From: Mobula birostris
Taxonomy: Eukaryota
NCBI RefSeq assembly: GCF_030028105.1
Contig: NC_092393.1
Coordinates: 55,865,121-55,929,120, forward strand
DNA length: 64,000 nt
Reading direction: 5' to 3'
Under the pieces are notes generated by a model. That model saw only the letters and a program-made list of their open reading frames with translations, was not told the DNA's origin and made no database searches. Position numbers and translations under genes: made by a program. Below, in pieces: positions 62,301 to 64,000 of this stretch; the stretch's first letter is position 1, and each line of letters begins with the position of its first letter.

Positions 62301-63052
62301 TCCACATTCTTTCGTAATTCCATCTTTAAAGATAAGTTCATGTGTGGTCATAGTTGCCTCCCTTGTGACTTCAGTTTTGTGTGGAGATGTTTAACAGAGT
62401 GGGGATAGGTTACTGGCATGATGTTTTGATTTACATCTACAATTTTTGTATGCCTCAACAGAACCAAAAATAATTGGAAAGAATTCAGCACTTCGTTTTT
62501 TTTTTCAGACTTTTGCATTGGACAATTTAAACAGATTATCTACTCCCACAGCTTCATGAGCTAGTCCTCCACTTATGAGCTTATGCTTCCAGAAACAATC
62601 TATATATATTCCAAAGATAATCATGTTTAATAGGTTTCCTCCCTTATTCTGGGATCTAGATGTATCTGTTTTGGCTGGTAATATACAACCAGAGTGTGGA
62701 ATAGTGCTGTGAGATAGTCTGAAGTAATGCACAGTTACATTTAATATATATTTTGAACTCCTTTTTGGAAAAAGCACATTTTGTATAAATGTTTATTAAC
62801 TTTTTTTTGTTAGGTTCCTTAAAGGAAAGTGCACTACAGGAGTTGCAAGCTGCAGGAGAGGTTTCAAAGAGAAGCTCTGAGTTGCAGTACATGACAGGAA
62901 CTAATGCAGCAGTTAGTATTGCATCATCTTACATTTCAGAGCCTTTAATTTTTGTGTATAATGTTATTAAATACGTTTGTGGATTTGCAACACAGTTTAG
63001 AAGCTTGAATTCATTTAGTACGACTTTCATGATAGAAAGCAAATCTGGGAAG
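41352..63052 (+). CDS. CEP95: Centrosomal protein of 95 kDa, N-terminal part; continues beyond the window
   Basis: Exons 41352-41373 (MEIPNER), 50179-50307 ([15 protein letters not shown]...[12 protein letters not shown]), 50433-50540 ([31 protein letters not shown]), 50993-51103 ([31 protein letters not shown]), 54605-about 54742/54787, about 55801/55815-55907 ([16 protein letters not shown]), 56883-57029 and 59769-60052 ([17 protein letters not shown]). Exons 61257-61314 and 62814-63052 are tentative. The conserved exons match CEP95; the exon 5/6 junction and the last exons are uncertain. Confidence 0.9.
44705..45000 (+). mobile_element. CR1 LINE 3' end (same family as the 17319-21490 element)
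   Basis: Closely similar to 21200-21490, including the TTTCTATGTTTCTAT tail. Confidence 0.88.
46845..47801 (-). mobile_element. RTE-clade LINE, 5'-truncated, nested in an older CR1 fragment (about 46660-48040, -)
   Basis: [36 protein letters not shown] and LAGHCLRH peptides; 12-bp TSD ATACCCCCATAC (46833-46844, 47802-47813). Confidence 0.9.
51750..52450 (-). mobile_element. Rex1/Babar LINE 3' portion
   Basis: YKYPG...KLDWSKNT...FLRRLRSFN...FYKSVVAS peptide and a short-repeat tail; a related 3' end with a GATA-type tail lies at about 57080-57290. Confidence 0.8.
52760..53790 (+). mobile_element. Old, degenerate CR1 fragment
   Basis: Decayed CR1 RT to 3' UTR sequence (for example CCACATTTGGAATATTGTATGCAGTTTTGG); a similar minus-strand fragment lies at about 55995-56770. 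Confidence 0.7.
53838..53907. mobile_element. 70-bp hAT MITE
   Basis: TIRs CAAGGGTTCCCAACC / GGTTGGGAACCCCTG; imperfect 8-bp TSD TCTTAAGG / TCCTAAGT. Confidence 0.7.
57495..57662. repeat. Palindromic element formed by head-to-head Penelope/MER6-like terminal repeats
   Basis: GATGCTGGAGGAACTCAGCAGGTCAGGCAGCATCTATGGAAAG and its reverse complement about 30 bp later; similar structures at about 51114-51270 and 38870-39030. Confidence 0.75.
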
Positions 63053-63552
63053 GTAAGTACAACTCACTGATGCATTCCTAGTTTAAGAGTACAGTACTGA
63101 ATTCTTGAATGAACTCTGGACTCCTATACTGTCATAGTGAGGCCCAACATTAGTTGAAGGAACAGCACCTCACTACAGCCTCTGGAATCAATATTAAACT
63201 CTACAACTCTGAGTAATTTGATTTATCAGTCACCCATCTGTAATATTAGTTCATCCTTCTTTTTCCTCTTCCCCTTACTGGGATTGGACGACGTGCACAG
63301 CTTCACTTACTGTGCCTGTCCTCCTGCTCTGTACGTCACTACTCCACATTCTTTTGTCCATGTTCTCACCCTCTAACTGCTTCCATGACACCTTGACCAA
63401 ATAACCTTGTTTATATCTCATCCCCATGATCATCTCAGTTTCACCCTCCCTGGAACATCTCTTGCTCTACCTGTAGGCTCTCTAAGTCATGGAATCGTAG
63501 AGTACCACAGCACAGAAACAGGCCCTTCGGCTCCTCTAGTCCATGCTGAACC

Positions 63553-64000
63553 ATGAGGGGTGATTGATAAGTTTGTGGCCTAAGGTAAAAGGAATCAATT
63601 TTAGAAAACCTAGCAGATTTATTTTTCAATATAGTCCCCTCCTACACTTACACACTTAGTCCAGCGGTCGTGGAGCATACGTATCTTGGACCTCCAGAAA
63701 GTGTCCACAGCAGGGGTGATTGATAAGTTCATAGCCTAAGGTAGAAGGAGATGAGTTATACAGCTCTGGTTACATGCACATGCAGTTCAGCTCTTTGAGT
63801 GATTGAGGTAGAAGGAGATGAGTTATTAACCTCAAACGTTCTGCATAATCACTCACAGAGTTGACCTGCATGTGCATGTAACAAGAGCTGTATAACTCAT
63901 CTCCTTCTACCTTAGGCCACGAACTTATCTATCACCCCTGCTGTGGACACTTTCTGGAGGTCCAAGATACGTATCCTCCACGACCGCTGGACTAAGTGTG
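63553..64000. mobile_element. Long palindromic mariner-like MITE, truncated by the window edge
   Basis: Begins GAGGGGTGATTGATAAGTT; arms 63651-63805 and 63848-64000 are near-perfect reverse complements. Confidence 0.8.

Noticed and set aside
62490-62560. Strong-looking acceptor (T-run CAG) as a CEP95 exon
   Set aside because: All three frames reach a stop before any plausible donor.

Overview
Vertebrate genomic DNA, very probably a cartilaginous fish (ray or shark), judged from the CR1, Penelope, Rex1 and tRNA-SINE repeat landscape. It carries the syntenic block POLG2 (minus strand; a putative non-coding first exon plus 6 coding exons, with the last exons running off the left edge), DDX5 (minus strand; complete, 13 coding exons, 649-650 aa) and CEP95 (plus strand, head-to-head with DDX5, running off the right edge). 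Much of the remainder is transposon-derived: one near full-length CR1 LINE, several CR1, Rex1, RTE, Tx1, Hero and Penelope fragments, a solo LTR, and hAT and mariner MITEs. The most interesting signals are: (1) a possible DDX5 intron-11 autoregulatory module (double stop at the donor, poison-exon acceptors, a distal branch point, and a mir-3064-like hairpin over the 3' splice site with an apparently altered seed); (2) minimal hammerhead-ribozyme motifs in a Penelope-like element and its dispersed derivatives; (3) a uORF-laden POLG2 leader split from its CpG promoter by a CR1-containing intron. No prokaryotic features (such as CRISPR arrays) are present. Comparisons to human sequences are from memory and need confirmation by alignment.
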